Positions 33,694 to 47,169 of a stretch of 64,000 nt of DNA are shown one piece after another. The notes under the pieces were generated by a model. It did no database searches and had not been told where the DNA came from. It saw nothing but the letters and a program-made list of their open reading frames with translations. Both the position numbers and the translations under genes were made by a program. Origin of the DNA: Pseudovirgaria hyperparasitica (taxonomy: Eukaryota); assembly GCA_010093815.1 (NCBI GenBank), contig ML996566.1. One strand, 5' to 3'. How positions within the stretch are numbered: position 1 is the first letter of the stretch; every line of letters begins with the position of its first letter.

Positions 33694-36600
33694 CTATTCT
33701 CTTATCGTCCCTTCAGGCCGCACATTAGTCTTACTGAGCTTTTTCCCCACACCTAGGTTGAGAGCACTCAATCTCTTCTTGACGCTGCCCATCCTGCTTG
33801 TTTTGCCGTCGCTCTTGTCCGTATTCGTCGAGCGGATCGTCTCGGCTCCGTGATTGATGCTTCCGTCCCGGTCGACGCTCGCGCTTCGCTGGCTGTATGC
33901 GGTGGTACTGAGCGTCCTGCTGAGGTCCGAGTCGCTGGGCTGGGTGCTTGCACCGTGGCTTCTAATCGGAGATCGTGGTTCGCGCATTGAGTTGCGAGGA
34001 GCACGTTCTTCTGACTCCTGGATTGCACTGGTGACAGCTTGGTTTTCTCCGGAAGTGCGCTTTAGAAACGTGAGACTCAGCCGGGACTTTTCATTGCGTT
34101 TGTGGCGCTTCTCCGAGAGGGCAAAGGGGGACCCGTTTGACTGGCTAGGACCGTTTGTCATAAGCATTGGGTGGTCGGGGGTCACTACACGATCATGGGT
34201 CTGTTTCTGTGTAATTGGGATTGGTCTGGTCAGCCAGGATGTGGTCACTTCTGTGGCGTTAATGTCCATGACAGGAGGTGCTACAGGAGCCAATTGTTCG
34301 AGTTCCGGGGCAAAAGTTATCTCGAACCCTGAGACACGGTAAGTGAATGCATCTCAGATCGTAGGGGCCCAGATTCCTACTTACGTTGTGTGAGCTCTGC
34401 GCGGGTGGCTTGATAGGCGCCACGCGAGAATACACCCAAACAGCGCTTGATTACCAATGCATGATCGATCAATGCAACCCTGAGAGCATTTTCCAAAACT
34501 CCAAAAGCTCGCTCTTCGCCTTCATCATTTACAAGCTCGTGGGATTGTGGTAACAGTTCGCGGTACAAAGCCACGCTGGCGTCGGTCGATGTATCTATAG
34601 ATGATGTGATGCTTTCGGCAAGCAGGGTGAAAGCAGCATCTTCCCCGTTAGTAACCCGTTTCTCTAAAGCATAAAGTTCAGATGTCTTGCGCGTCGTCCT
34701 TTCTAGTGCTGTTTCGAACGGTGGAAGGGTGATGATGTCTGTAGTAACGATCTCACTGCGACGGAGAATGGTAGGGAATGTCTCTGCCGTTGTGTATACC
34801 GTCTTCTCAGCTATTTGTTCGCGGACAGACTCACCACCTAGACGGCGAGAGGCGGTGGTGAAGTTCTTCGGTCGTGAAAGAAGGAAATAATCACGGATTG
34901 GTTGGGAAACCTTGGCACGCTGATAGATAGGATGGACGAGGTCTTTCTGTGGAGTTACAGCATAGACCTGAAGGTATTGACCTTCCACGTCCTCTTGTTC
35001 GCTTCCTATTGGAAGAATTTGAGCCGAAGGGTGTTGTGATTGCATACGATCGGTGAATGAAACCAGTCGATCGGTAGAAGAACCCTCGAAGATGTAGTCC
35101 TTGTCACGCAAACCAATAGGCCAGCCAAGACCTTTGTATACGACACGAAAATACCGAGCATTCGGTCTCTCGCCTTTACTGATGGCCTCATAAATAGTTG
35201 CCATTGCTCTTTGAGACCGAGCCAACTTTGCGAAGTCGAACATGTTGTGCTCATATTGATAGGCCAATTCGATGTACGTGCCCAAAGCATTATCCCACGA
35301 TTGTCCGTCTTCATAGTACTTGATCATTTGAAAATAGATGGCTTCCTTACGTTCAAAGGCAGTTTGCAAAGGGAAGTCCGGTGCTGAGCAAGCCTCGATT
35401 GTGACTGTAGGATCCCATTGATATAGATCGGCATGCAGACGGAGCGCCAGGCCGGCCTCCGTATAATTGCCAGCTTCGGCCTGCAGTCGAGCCAGTTGAT
35501 GAACATATGCGACATAAATGTCTTCCTTCTGCATGTCTTTCAAGAACTCCATTAAATGGAGGGTGTCCATGATGTGGAAGACCTCCCCGGTGGCATCTGT
35601 GCTGTGGACGGCAACAAGCAGGTCCAGGAGTTCATCGATAGTGCTGATGATGCCTTTGATCGCAACAAACAGCTCGTCGTCATCGGGACTGTCGGCAAGT
35701 GATTCGAACAGATCAATGAGCTCGCCTATGAAGGTCTTCTGCAGCATGCTCTCAGTCATGGGCTTGGACTTGAACAAGCGATCGAGGCAGTCAATCATCT
35801 CTGCTTGAATGAGAGCGAGGTCTTGGCTCAAACACCATTCACTAATGATCATGGTGTGAAGTATATCGATCGCAACTCGCCGCAGGCCTTCGTGAACACT
35901 TAGGCAAAGTTCGACGATCGGCGGGATGAGACCAGGGACATATTGAACCTGGTAACCACCCATCCTGGCTAAATTATACTCTCGGCGATCCTCTGGCGAC
36001 GTCTCCCATCCTATAGCTGTCCACGATCGACGTAACAGATTTGCACCAAGTTCACGCACATCGCCTGCAATTTTCCAAACAGCACGCCGCTTCTGCTCTG
36101 GGAATGCTTCCAAGGCAAGGGCGTTACTACCGACTAGTTGCAGGAGAGTGTCGAAGAACGATCGCCATAACTCAGTACTGAACTGGTCAGCGTCATCTGG
36201 CTCAGGTAGGAAAGATTCTATCAATATATGCGCGATTTTTTCCAACGTCCTCATAGTTGATTTGTGGTGGTAGATATGTGTGCTCATCCACGACATAGGG
36301 AATGCTTCTCCATTCATGATGGCCATATGTACTTGTAAGCAGGAAATCAAGAAGTCGCCCACACGAGTTTGCGGCCAGTCCTGGGAAACGATCGTCGGTC
36401 GTGAAGATAAAGCTGCAAGCACTGCCGAGATCTCAACTAGAGTCTCCTCGAGCTCAAATTTAGCGTTGGTGGGGCGAAGAGGAAATGGATAGGAGGATGG
36501 GAACAAAAGTGAGAGAGATGATTTCTCGAATCGAGGAATTTTTTGGATAGCCATAAAAGAGTCGACGAGTTTGTGCATATACTCTGGAACCTCCGAGTCT

Positions 36601-39600
36601 AGCTCTTCGACGTGAGACGCCACGATGGAGGAGCACAACCGAACCTGCTCTTTCCATTGATCAGTGACTGGATTCGTGAAGCCCCAGTAAGGTTCCAGCC
36701 ATTTTGACGTGTATTGCAGCAATGTCGGTCGGATGTCTTCGTGTTTCAAAACATCGCTTTGAAGGAAGTTATAGACCATGACGAGCTTGTAAAGAATCAG
36801 TTTGCCCTGAACATCTGCACATTTCTCGGTGAAGTCTGTCACAATCTGGAGAACCTCATGGTGCGTCATTGTCGGGTAGAACTCTGGTATCCATGTGTGG
36901 AAGTATTGTACGACCAGTGTCTTAGTCCCTACGAGAATGGGTGCGGAGTTGGTCATAAGGACGCCTAGTGACTTCAGAATCTTTTGCAAATCCTTGGTGA
37001 ACGTTGGCTCGCGACTAGTGATACCAATGCCAGCCTCTTTTGCTTTTTGTTGCTTACGAGCATTCATGATGAATTTGAAGATGTGTCCGCCAACTTTCAA
37101 CGTCGCTCTCAGCTTTCGTGATATGTCAGTGTTCGTCGGATTGTCGACCAAACGTGTAAAGCTGCGAAGCAGACAGGAAGTTGCGAAAGGATAGTTGAAG
37201 CGCTTCTCTGCGTAATCATCGACCAGAGGACCTAGGTTGAACCGTCGATCATGAACAATGCTGAGCATGACCACTAGGGCGTTGAAGACCAGATCCTCGT
37301 ACTCGTCGTTTCCAGCGTAGTCCACGACAATCTCAAAAAGTGCATCGAATACGTCAGGTAACAGTTTGACGATCTCAATTTCTGGCACGAAAGCAAAACG
37401 TTTCAGTAATTCTGCGAGGTCACTGGCAGACTGCTCTTTCCACTTAAGTAGACCGATCAAACTGGGATCCTGAGAGTATTTGGTGCTACAGAGAAAGGTG
37501 GAGAGTTTGACAGATGCCATGGCTCCTGTTACCGATTCGTCTTTGCGTTGCTTAGAATTCCAAGGCAAGCCAAGATACGCGCCTCTACCGGAAATCATGC
37601 CTGAAGTAAACTCGTCGTATTTGTATAGCGCGAGTGAGTGATCACCATCACGAATAAAGGCATCTTGTTGCCAGAGTGGCATCCAACAGAGCGCAAATGG
37701 GAAGTGTGGTGCATCCGCAATGCTCATAACTAAGTGACAGCCAGGAACATCTTCAGGCTTGATGGCTAATCTTACTGTCAGATTCCATTTGTCGCCCTTT
37801 TCGACAGCGGTCGTTCGCCATGCGGTGTGGCCAGAGCTGTTGCTCGAGGGAAATATACAATTGTCAATGCGCTCTCCAGTAGCTCTACGAACTTCAATGG
37901 TGAGTTGTAGGTTTGCAAGAGATGTCTGCTGCGCCAGTGGGACAGTCCCATGTTTTGGGTGCGATAGAAATGAGTTTCGAGATAGGAACGGCTCAGAAAC
38001 CGTCAGATATATATCGCTGCGCGCTTTTCGTGGTGCTCCTGACCAGCCAATCTTGGGCGTCCAGTTCATATTATGCATCAAAGTTGGTGTCTTTTCGATG
38101 AGAGCTTCAGCGTCAGGATTTTCGAACGGGTTTAGGGCTATTTGCAGCGAGTTGACAGCATGCAGTCGCTTGTATCGCCCGGAACTGTTCGGAAATAATT
38201 CAGGGATTATCTCGCTCTGCTGATAATCAGACTCTGCCACCTCGTCAAATTCACCTGCGCTAGACCATAGTGAAAGATCCCAATCCATCTCAGTCTTCGA
38301 TTTCATGATGTCATCTACACGACAGACGCCAACTGCGACGGTTCGTTTTGCAGACTTGCCGCTGGGTGTTCCATTCATTCGAGACCCTGGGCGCGTGTCT
38401 CCGGACGTCCTGCTGTGACTAGCTGTTCGCTGATGCTCGGGGCTTGTGATGCTATCCTGCTCTCGTTTTCGGGCTCCGAACATCATACTCCGCCGACCTC
38501 CCTTTGCGCTGAAGCTTCCGGCTTGAGACGGCCGCTCGTGAAGACTCGATATGCTCTCGCGAGGTCCCGAAAGTGATCCGTTGCGAGTAGCTGTGTCTCT
38601 GAAAGGCTCGTGTTCCAATACCTTCACCACAAGATATAGACTTGATCCAGCTCCCGCACCTTCCCCAAAGTCCACAGGAGTCAAGTCGGCGAAAAGTGCT
38701 CTCAGACGCTCCGTTGGAGATGAGACCATGGTTCCGTCTCTTACGATAAGATCAATGGAGTAGACTTCAGAGATAGGCCGCGGTGCCGACCCGGGGGTCT
38801 TGACACAAAGGTAAACATTGAGTTGCGTGGAGTAGTCTGATATATTTATCTTTGCCGATTTGACGTGCACAAACAAGTGGTGAAGGGTGTGTTCGTCTAC
38901 AGGCTGGGTCGGTTGTTCTTCTAGCAGACTCATGATAGATTGTAGTTGCGTGACTTCTATTGCGGAGTCTTCCGCGGTCAGCATACGCCCGCGTTCGTGT
39001 GGACTCCGCACAATCACATCCCCCGAAAGGAGTTTGTTTCCTCGCACCAAGTCCCAGACTGTCCTTTCGCGGAGGTCGCGCAACTCTTGCTGGGTCAGAA
39101 CTTTATGCAACAATTGTCTTCTTGCTGTGTCCAAACGGTCTACCAAAGCGGAAGTCTTATCCAATTCAGTGTATGTTCTAGATAGGAGTAGCTCGTGTAG
39201 CTTGGTCGAATGCCATTCGCGGAGGCATGATGCAATTTCGTCCACAAGGGGCTCCTGAATTGAGGTAGGATTTTCATCGCCAATCTTGAGCATTGGAACG
39301 GGCGCTAGTGGTCTTTGAAAGGAGGAATCGCGGGGTCGAGGAGATGCTGGTGGCAGTGGTATGAGGGCCTGTTGCATTTGGTCCGGATTGTTGGTCCAGG
39401 TTTGCGACCCAAGACGCATGCCTGTAGATTGCCTCGCGCTGCCATGTGGAGATGTTCGGGATCTGGTCTCGGTTCCTTCAAGATGACCTTCGTCTGGTGT
39501 ACACGTGCCATTGGCACTCTGATCTGCCCGAGCGGTGTTGTGTTCAAATCGTAGGGCTCCAGTGGCGGGAGGATCATGATACTGGCTTATTCGCGAGGTC

Positions 39601-39884
39601 AAACGCTTATCCCCAAGAACCTCACGAACTTCGACGCAGCATTTCGGGAATATTCCAGAAAAGACGCGTGCCTCCAACGTCTGACCTTTGACTGTCGTCA
39701 AACCTGCCAGAAGCGATGGCGGCGCGACGAGATAGCCACGGTACCAGCTGCCATCTTCTCCGCCCAGCTCTATTATGTATAGTTCATCGCCAATCTCAAG
39801 CGGTAGGTCGGCCGTCGACGTCGGCTGGAAAGGATACGTGCAGATTGCAAAGGCAATCCGGGGGAGAGGGCGCCAGCCGGGCAT
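33694..39884 (-). CDS. DCK1: DOCK180-family guanine nucleotide exchange factor (SH3, DOCK-C2, DHR-2), 2 exons
   Basis: MPGWRPLPRIAFAICTYPF...LPLEIGDELYI SH3 start, PLVDEIASCLREW, GGYQVQYVP, NYTEAGLALRLHADLYQW, YFRVVYKGLG. Intron 34329-34384. Confidence 0.92.
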
Positions 39885-40670
39885 GCCTCTTGTCGAGTCG
39901 CGCGGTCACGGCCAGCTGGGACTCCGATTCATACCGAGGTGAACACCCGTGGAGGAGCAGTCGAAGAACAGTAAGCGGCGAAGCGTGTAGAGGAGATGGG
40001 ACGTGCTTCAACAGCAAGCAGGCGTAAAAACGAGGTCGCCGTGTGAAGAGGATATGAATAAGAGTCTTGATGCCCCTTAAGGCTTAAGGGCCCCGGGAGA
40101 TGGAGATAGATTTTCTGAGGAGCGCGAGCAACTCTGCGATTGGCTGGCACGAGGCGTTCGCGAAACTCTAAAAGCTCGGTAACGGCCCGCCAGAGAGTAA
40201 TCGGGTGGACTCAGGACAGTCACTTGAAGGATATTACCTGCTATAATATCATTGATACCATACTTATCATATCTTCATTAATGAAGTGGGTCCTAAATCT
40301 TTATTTCTTGCCTAAAGAGAGAATGAATAGATGCTTTGATTCAAATTAAGCACTAAATTTACGGCACGGGAAAGTTTAGTATCTAGCTGGTTGATTAGAA
40401 TGTATAGTTGCACCCCCATCAGAGAACGAAAAGTCTGTGATCCTGTCCTAGCATGCGCCTGTACGCGTCTGCGCCGTGCTCGATTACCGAGTTGCATCCA
40501 TCACGATGCACTGGCATTCAAGGTTTATGTCACTGCTTGAGTTTTGTGGAGACTATTGTCGGCGCAAAAAGCTTGTGTATATTTAATCGACCACCCAGTC
40601 ATCTATCGCTAACAATTATATTAATACAAGAAAATATATACCTCAAACGGTCTTCTGCATAGACCCATGT

Positions 40671-41874
40671 CTATAGTTTGCTCGGCTCGAACTGTGTGGA
40701 GAATGGATAGTTAACGTAGCCATCCGGCGATCTAGCATTGTAAAATTTCTTCCTGTCGTACGGCTCGAGCTCAATTCCATGGCGAATTCGAAATGGTAGG
40801 TCTGGATTTGAGATATACAGCCGGCCAAATACAATTACAGCGTTAAGATCCTTATAATCCTCGTCGGCTGCGCGTAAGGCGGTATCTGGTCTATACCCGC
40901 CTGCTACCAGGAGCGGTTTGTCCCCCCAGGTCTTAGTTAGGAAATCGAGCTTGCGAAAGTTCTCAACATCTGCATTGCCAGAGATTCGACTTTCCACTGC
41001 ATGAAGGTAAGCCAGGTCCAGCTTCTTTAAGCCCTCTACCAGGCAAGAGAACTGTGGGATTGGGTCCTTCATAAGCATGCCCTGAAATCTGCTGAACGGA
41101 GAAATGCGGTAGCCCACGCGATCAGACCCGATTGCGTCGACTGCAGCTTTGGCAACTGCCAGTCCGAATCTCGAGCGCTTCTCTACACTTCCACCCCAGC
41201 CATCGGTTCGCTTGTTGACATTGTCTTGTGTAAACTGATCAGGGAGGTAGCCTGTAGTCCCCGTCAGTAATGACAGGTCCGGACACGATAGCGAGCGTCT
41301 AACCATTCGCGCCATGTATTTCCACGCCATCAAAACCAGCCTCCACACAGTTCTTGGCAGCCTGCCCGTAGTCTGCAATGAACTCTTGGATTTCTTTCTC
41401 TGAAAGCTCTACCGGCAGTGTGCCACTGGTGTCTTGCTTACCGGGTAGCTTGGTTACCTGCGGCATGGGCGTAGCAGAGCTGCTCACGGGCTTTAGTCCA
41501 AACTCTTTTCTCAGTATATCCTCAAGTGCAGCTCTTCCCAGGGCCCATAGTTGACAGTATATGAAGCTTCCCTTTGCATGCACGGCGTCTGTGACTTCTT
41601 TCCATGCAACTATCTGCTCTTTAGACCATAGACCAGGGACTGATCGAAATCCGCTAGCTCGAGGCGAGATGAAAGCACCCTCAGTTATTAGAAGCGTCCC
41701 TGGAGTGCTTGCACGCTGGGCATAGTACTCTTTAACGAAGGGAAGAGGGACATGATTACCGTCAGCACGGTATCGTGTGAGTGGCGCGAGCGCGATTCGA
41801 TGCGATACGGTGATGCGGCCAATTTTAAGCGGTTTGAATAGGTTGCTGGTACCTGGCGACGTGGAGCTTTCCAT
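40671..41874 (-). CDS. Old yellow enzyme (NADH:flavin oxidoreductase) with C-terminal PTS1 SKL, 2 exons
   Basis: LAPLTRYRA, YYAQRAS.PGTLLITEG, GFDGVEIHGANGYL (intron 41252-41303), FGRLYISNPDL; ends EPSKL. Confidence 0.95.
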
Positions 41875-42783
41875 TCTTTCGAGTTCTCAGAAGAGGTCCG
41901 CCTCATCGCACCGCACGCTAGCGATATACGACGAGGTGGCCGCCATCTTATCAGGGATCCGCAATGATTGTTAATCTAATTAATACAAGTAATTACTGAT
42001 TAGTAGAGTCATTACATATCCAATCAATCTTAGTCACCAACTTACCGCACCCGGACCCCTGGTGGGCCCGTGGACACTTCGCCACGCTAAATCCCATAAT
42101 AACTTCAATAACACCTATGAATTAGGTATTCATAGATGGAATATCACTGCATCACCTCGTCTGAGCAATTATGCCTCGATATATCCGTCTCGCTTTTGAC
42201 GCAAAGAGACTTGCGCGCTATAGCTGTCCCATCGCATGGTTCTTCAGTCTCATGGTTCTTCAGGCTTTGGACTTCTGAGAATGCCTCTAAATTTGATATC
42301 AACGAATCGTGGAGCTGTGTGGAGCTATGCACCGTACTAGTAGCAAACGCTAGGTCATGGCGATGGCTATCTAGTATCCAGGCATCCACACTATGGATCC
42401 GATCACTAGAAAAAGTGGCCTGAAATGTAGACCCCTCTCCCCCAGCCATCATACAGTACCTCAATCCCTTCCCCCTGTCACCTCTTGTCTTACTTACCTT
42501 TCAAACAGTGCCTCAAAGAACTAACAAAGGATTTAGTCTTGACATTGTTTCGAACAGAAGAATCTCCCGTTAGCTTTGTTCGAGTACATGGAGTATCCCA
42601 ACTTCGTCATTGTCATATACATTGTACCGCTCATGACGACTATATAGTTCACTGCAGGGCCTGCTCGCCTCCATCGGGTCCATCAGTCCGTACCATACAC
42701 GATATTATCGTATTAATTCGACTTTGACTTATCATCTACGATCCTCCAAATATCTTTGTTTACTTTGATCTTGAACAGTGAAA

Positions 42784-43170
42784 ATGTCGCGCCGACGACC
42801 CGCCGAGCTGAAGCTATCAAATACTGACACCGGTTGCCCTGTGTCACCGCTCTCTATGAATGAGAGGTCGGCTCGCGGTCGTATAATGTCCCCGGTATCT
42901 CCATATGCACAGAGCTGCACCATTGCGCGGCAACCTCATGTTAAATGTCGAAAATCTGATACCAATCCCGCTCCACCTAAACAAGGTGTCACTCAACATC
43001 AGAAATTTCCTCCACCTCCCATGTACTGTTTGAAAGAATCTTCTGATCACCGGCTTGACTCGAAGAGAGAGTCTTATGGCGAAACAACATGCGCTTACAC
43101 CAAGAAACCTCAGATCGAAGAGCAACGACACAAGAAGGGATTATGCTCAGAAAGTTGCATCATACTATAG
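42784..43170 (+). CDS. Small proline-rich protein ending in CaaX (CIIL), 128 aa
   Basis: ATG in AAAATG context; PVSP twice; ends RHKKGLCSESCIIL-TAG. Confidence 0.55.
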   Translation: MSRRRPAELKLSNTDTGCPVSPLSMNERSARGRIMSPVSPYAQSCTIARQPHVKCRKSDTNPAPPKQGVTQHQKFPPPPMYCLKESSDHRLDSKRESYGETTCAYTKKPQIEEQRHKKGLCSESCIIL

Positions 43171-43293
43171 GCTATCCGTACGAACAAATCTATTAAATCG
43201 CGTCTGGAATGAGATGTATCGACCCGCCGGCGGGTATAAAACTTGCTAATAGGTATAATCTAACGACGATTAAGTATTTAGTCATCGAAGTCC

Positions 43294-43734
43294 TCACATA
43301 ACAACACAACATCCTCCACCCCCATTCTTTTTCTCCTCCTTCACCAACGGACCACCCACAGAGGTTCCCGATCTCACCAAGACCGGCTTCGCCACCTTTT
43401 CGGATGTCACTTCCACCAACGGTCCCCTCGCATTCGCAGCCAGCCACTCGGCTCTTCCTCTCGTTCCTCCCCTACCCCTCAATCTCTCATCCAGCGTTCC
43501 CTCTCCACCAGGACCTTGCTTCAACGGAAACAGCCCTTTATAAACCGGTACTTTCGCGTTACGTCCTGAGTTCGGCGGCGGCTGCCAGCGATCCTTCATC
43601 TTGTAGCCATGCCCTTCGTGGAACCTGGATTGTGCGAAAGTCCTACGTTCGGTGGGGTCGTCATGGGTGTAGGGTGTTTGCGGGCGGGGTGGGGGTTCCA
43701 GTGGGGAAACAGGGGATGGAGGGCGACGAGGCAT
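43294..43734 (-). CDS. Small proline-rich protein ending in CCaaX (CCVVM), 146 aa
   Basis: MPRRPPSPVSPLEPPPRPQTPY...KEEKKNGGGGCCVVM-TGA. Confidence 0.65.
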   Translation of the reverse strand: MPRRPPSPVSPLEPPPRPQTPYTHDDPTERRTFAQSRFHEGHGYKMKDRWQPPPNSGRNAKVPVYKGLFPLKQGPGGEGTLDERLRGRGGTRGRAEWLAANARGPLVEVTSEKVAKPVLVRSGTSVGGPLVKEEKKNGGGGCCVVM

Positions 43735-44946
43735 AGCGTGGATACGTGAGGTGCTTGGTATCAATGCGGTGTGCGTGTTTATCTGTTATCTGTGTTTCTG
43801 CAGTTGCAGTCGGGTTTTGTGCGTTTAGTAGGAGAGAACACGAAGAAAATGATGCTTGATGGTTGCTCTTATGTATGTGTGTGTGTGCGTTGGAGCTCCT
43901 GGTGCCATTGTGACAGTCACATTGAATGACAGTGAGCCACGGATAGATGATAATCGGGCACTGTGAAGTTCTAAAGGCTTTGAGATGTAAATATGTTTTT
44001 GTCTTGTCATGTGAAATCAACCAGACTCAAAAGATCTTTTGGTCGATACCTTTAGCAACTTGTTCGTCTACAGGGCTTTGTCTTCTGAAAGAGACCGTAG
44101 ACTTGCGCATGGTTGTGCTACAATGTCTGCTCCGTCACAGATAGATCACGTACTTCGTGGGAGCCTTGGAAGCGCCTCCGGAGAGTGTGAAGGTTGATAC
44201 TTAGTGAATTACAGGCTCATACAAGGTCGTTGTCTGCAGGTCTATAGTCAGTGAGCGACCAGGATGGTGTTGGTGAAGGTGAGAGGTGACAGTACGAACC
44301 ACACAGTGGTGATCAAAGACTATATAGCAATCAGCACGTTTACTGAGCATGATCGAGCGCTATTCGTCCCATGGCACATTCAAATGTTTTGAACCTCCCC
44401 AAAGCCTTAGACACTTCTTCGGCGACATTGTCAAGCGACTGCCTTAGCTAAAGCTAAAAAATATTAGAATTACTAGATGGATTCTAGGAGTCCATACCCC
44501 TTGCAGTGTTATCTCGCGTAACAGGGAGTCATGATTTCAAAGCGAGGTTACTGCAGCCAGCCGAATCAGTGTCCCCTGGCCCGCCACTAGTAGAAGCCGG
44601 CGGCCATAAAGCAATCTCATCAATAAGCACCTACACCTGAGTTGCTTACTATACATTGATGAGATGCAGTCTATAGTGCTCTCATGCTTTCCCATTGGAT
44701 GAATTGTCTCTAAACCAACTATTTTTGTACATATGCTAAAGCCTCAGATGATGAGGTGAATAATCCGATAAGAAGTCTGACATTGACTAGTTATTGACAC
44801 CTCCTCATGCACGCCTACAAGTGAACTCTATATAAGAGTAAGCTCAATGTGCCGATGTTTTCAAGAACACATCTTGTCTCTCGTGGTCATTTATTAACAC
44901 TACAATTCCTCATAGCAAACAATTAAGACGTATCGGTCGGTTGAAT

Positions 44947-45972
44947 ATGATGTTGAGCTATTCAGTAGCTGCTGGACTCATCGCCAGTGCTGTTGCAGTT
45001 CCATTATCTCCAGATCACCATTCTGGACGTCTCGAAACCATATACCAATTCCCTAACCACACGTGGCTAGAATCTATAGCTGTACGAAACAACGAGAACA
45101 TACTCACTGGTGCCAATATCAATCTGAAAGGGCTATACAACATAGATCCTTCCCTTCCACAGGAATCGAAAGCCAGACTTATATACCAGTCAGATCGATC
45201 TTCGACCTTTGGCATCACGGAACTGGGGTCGGACATATTCGCATTCACCGTTGGAGACTTCAATTTCACCGACGTAACATCCACACCTGGGACATGGGAT
45301 GTCTATCTTGCCGATCTTAGAAATTTCAATACTCGCACTGGTCAAGGGGCAAAGATTGAAAGAGCTGCTCATGTTCACGATGCCGCAGTACTCAACGGAT
45401 TGGCCACGCTTGACGCTGGGAGGGGTATTATACTAGCATCTGACTCCCTCAAAGGAGTTATCTGGAAAATTGATACCAAAAGCGGCGCCGCAGAGATCTT
45501 CTTGGATGATCCTGCCTTGAAACCCGTTCAGGATGGAACGTCTCTACTCCTTGGCATCAACGGTCTCAAGGTCCAGAACACTGATATCTACTTTACGAAT
45601 AGCTTTCAGCAACTCTATGGTCGTGTCAAACTTGACAGGAAAGGGGAAATCGTCGGAGAGGTAGAGATACTGGCTCAAGGCTTTTTTGCCGATGATCTGG
45701 ATGTCGACGCTCACGGTGATGCTTATATTGGAACAAACATTGGGAACTCTATCATACAAGTAACACCAGATGGCCGGGAACGTGTGGTTGTAGGCGCACA
45801 GAACTCCACGGAAGTCTACGGTCCTACTTCTGTGGCAATTTCGGACCACAACCCGGGCGCTCTGTATATAGCTACCTCGGGTGGTTTTGCGGCTCCTTTG
45901 GGTGAATTTATCGAGGGTGGAAAAGTTCTCTCATATGATTTGAGGCCCCAAAACGGTCATCTAGGAAAGTAG
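44947..45972 (+). CDS. Secreted six-bladed beta-propeller (SMP-30/gluconolactonase, TolB-like)
   Basis: Signal peptide, FP..TWLESIAVR, LNGLATL, ASDS..GVIW, GINGLKV, YFTNS, ADD and GPTSV motifs; TATATAA at 44829. Confidence 0.85.
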   Translation: MMLSYSVAAGLIASAVAVPLSPDHHSGRLETIYQFPNHTWLESIAVRNNENILTGANINLKGLYNIDPSLPQESKARLIYQSDRSSTFGITELGSDIFAFTVGDFNFTDVTSTPGTWDVYLADLRNFNTRTGQGAKIERAAHVHDAAVLNGLATLDAGRGIILASDSLKGVIWKIDTKSGAAEIFLDDPALKPVQDGTSLLLGINGLKVQNTDIYFTNSFQQLYGRVKLDRKGEIVGEVEILAQGFFADDLDVDAHGDAYIGTNIGNSIIQVTPDGRERVVVGAQNSTEVYGPTSVAISDHNPGALYIATSGGFAAPLGEFIEGGKVLSYDLRPQNGHLGK

Positions 45973-46081
45973 ATATGCATTTAATTGTTCTGTAGAGATC
46001 AACCAATAACCCAAATGCAAGAGTGAACGAACGCCGTCTACATATGCATCACATGCCTCCTATACATGATAAGATGATGAA

Positions 46082-47169
46082 TTAGACCGTTGAATTCAGG
46101 AGTATTCGTGGTCGGAATGGTACTTTTCGCACATCACCAAGCTTAACCTTACACCTTATGTGCAGCCATGCGTCTGGTTTTGGTTTTTGGGATGCAAGCA
46201 ACGCTCGCTGGCCTTCATCTAAGCGTTGACATCGTACACCACGGCCCATGGACTGTAGCGTCTTGGGATCAATAGCACCTCCAACTCTCCGAAACGGGAA
46301 CTGGAATTTGTACTGACATGCGTCATTAATGACCCTAGGATCAATTTTCCAGGCAATTGCTTGAGAATCAATTTGATGTATGACCCCCGCCTACCGAGAA
46401 GCTTAGTACTGTAACCCTAGTAGATTATGATGCATAACTTACCTGTCCATTTTCCTGCTTAGGGCAACGATAGTATTCCATACATCCTCCAAACAGTCCC
46501 ATTTCAAGTACTCGTCCAGATTCTCCAATGTCCGGTAATTGTCTGTATCCTGGAATAATCATATCCTTGGGCGTATCCTTTCTACCACCACCGATACTGG
46601 TGATCAGGAGATGTGCGCCGCATTCATGGACGACCATCGTTGCGAATGCAAACTGGAAGTCCCTGAACCGCTGGTCTTTGCCATTCCGGGCGGCTGCTAC
46701 CATATCGTATACTCTCTGAGTCAAACATCAGAATATCTCCGGAATCGAAAGCACTGATACATACAGATGCGTTGAAATGAATTCCACCTCGTTCATTGCT
46801 CAGAAAAAATTCTTTGACAGACCCATGCCACGTCCCTCTGGGGTGGTATCCCATGATATCAACGTCGGCAATGTGACCATCGACAAGGACAGTAGGGAAC
46901 TTAAGTATGAGATTATCGATGAACCAATCGACGTATTGAGATGCAGCAGCTTTGTCTTTGTTGAAGAAGCTGGTGCCCGGTGGAGCATTGGCCTCGGAAT
47001 CTAGGGCAATCTTAGTCAGGGCTCTCCTTCCATCGCCGTGAGACATCATAGCACAGCCAATGTTGATGGCCGACGCGATATAGGTATAGATCTCAGTGTT
47101 TGGCCCATGGTGAGAATGATTGAAGCTTCCAGGCTTGCGCTCCTCGATGCTGAACTTTCGGTGTGACAT
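46082..47169 (-). CDS. Hypothetical zincin-like protein with HExxxH and GESG..LE..LFGG motifs, 328 aa, 3 exons
   Basis: Exons 47169-46765, 46715-46443 and 46390-46082; both introns phase 0 (GTATGT..CAG; GTAAGT..CTAAG..TAG). Spliced frame is open: ...VVHECGAH...DTP...GESGRVLEMGLFGG.... Confidence 0.75.

Noticed and set aside
42136..42464. Overlapping 95-106 aa ORFs upstream of the old yellow enzyme
   Set aside because: No motifs or compositional support for coding.
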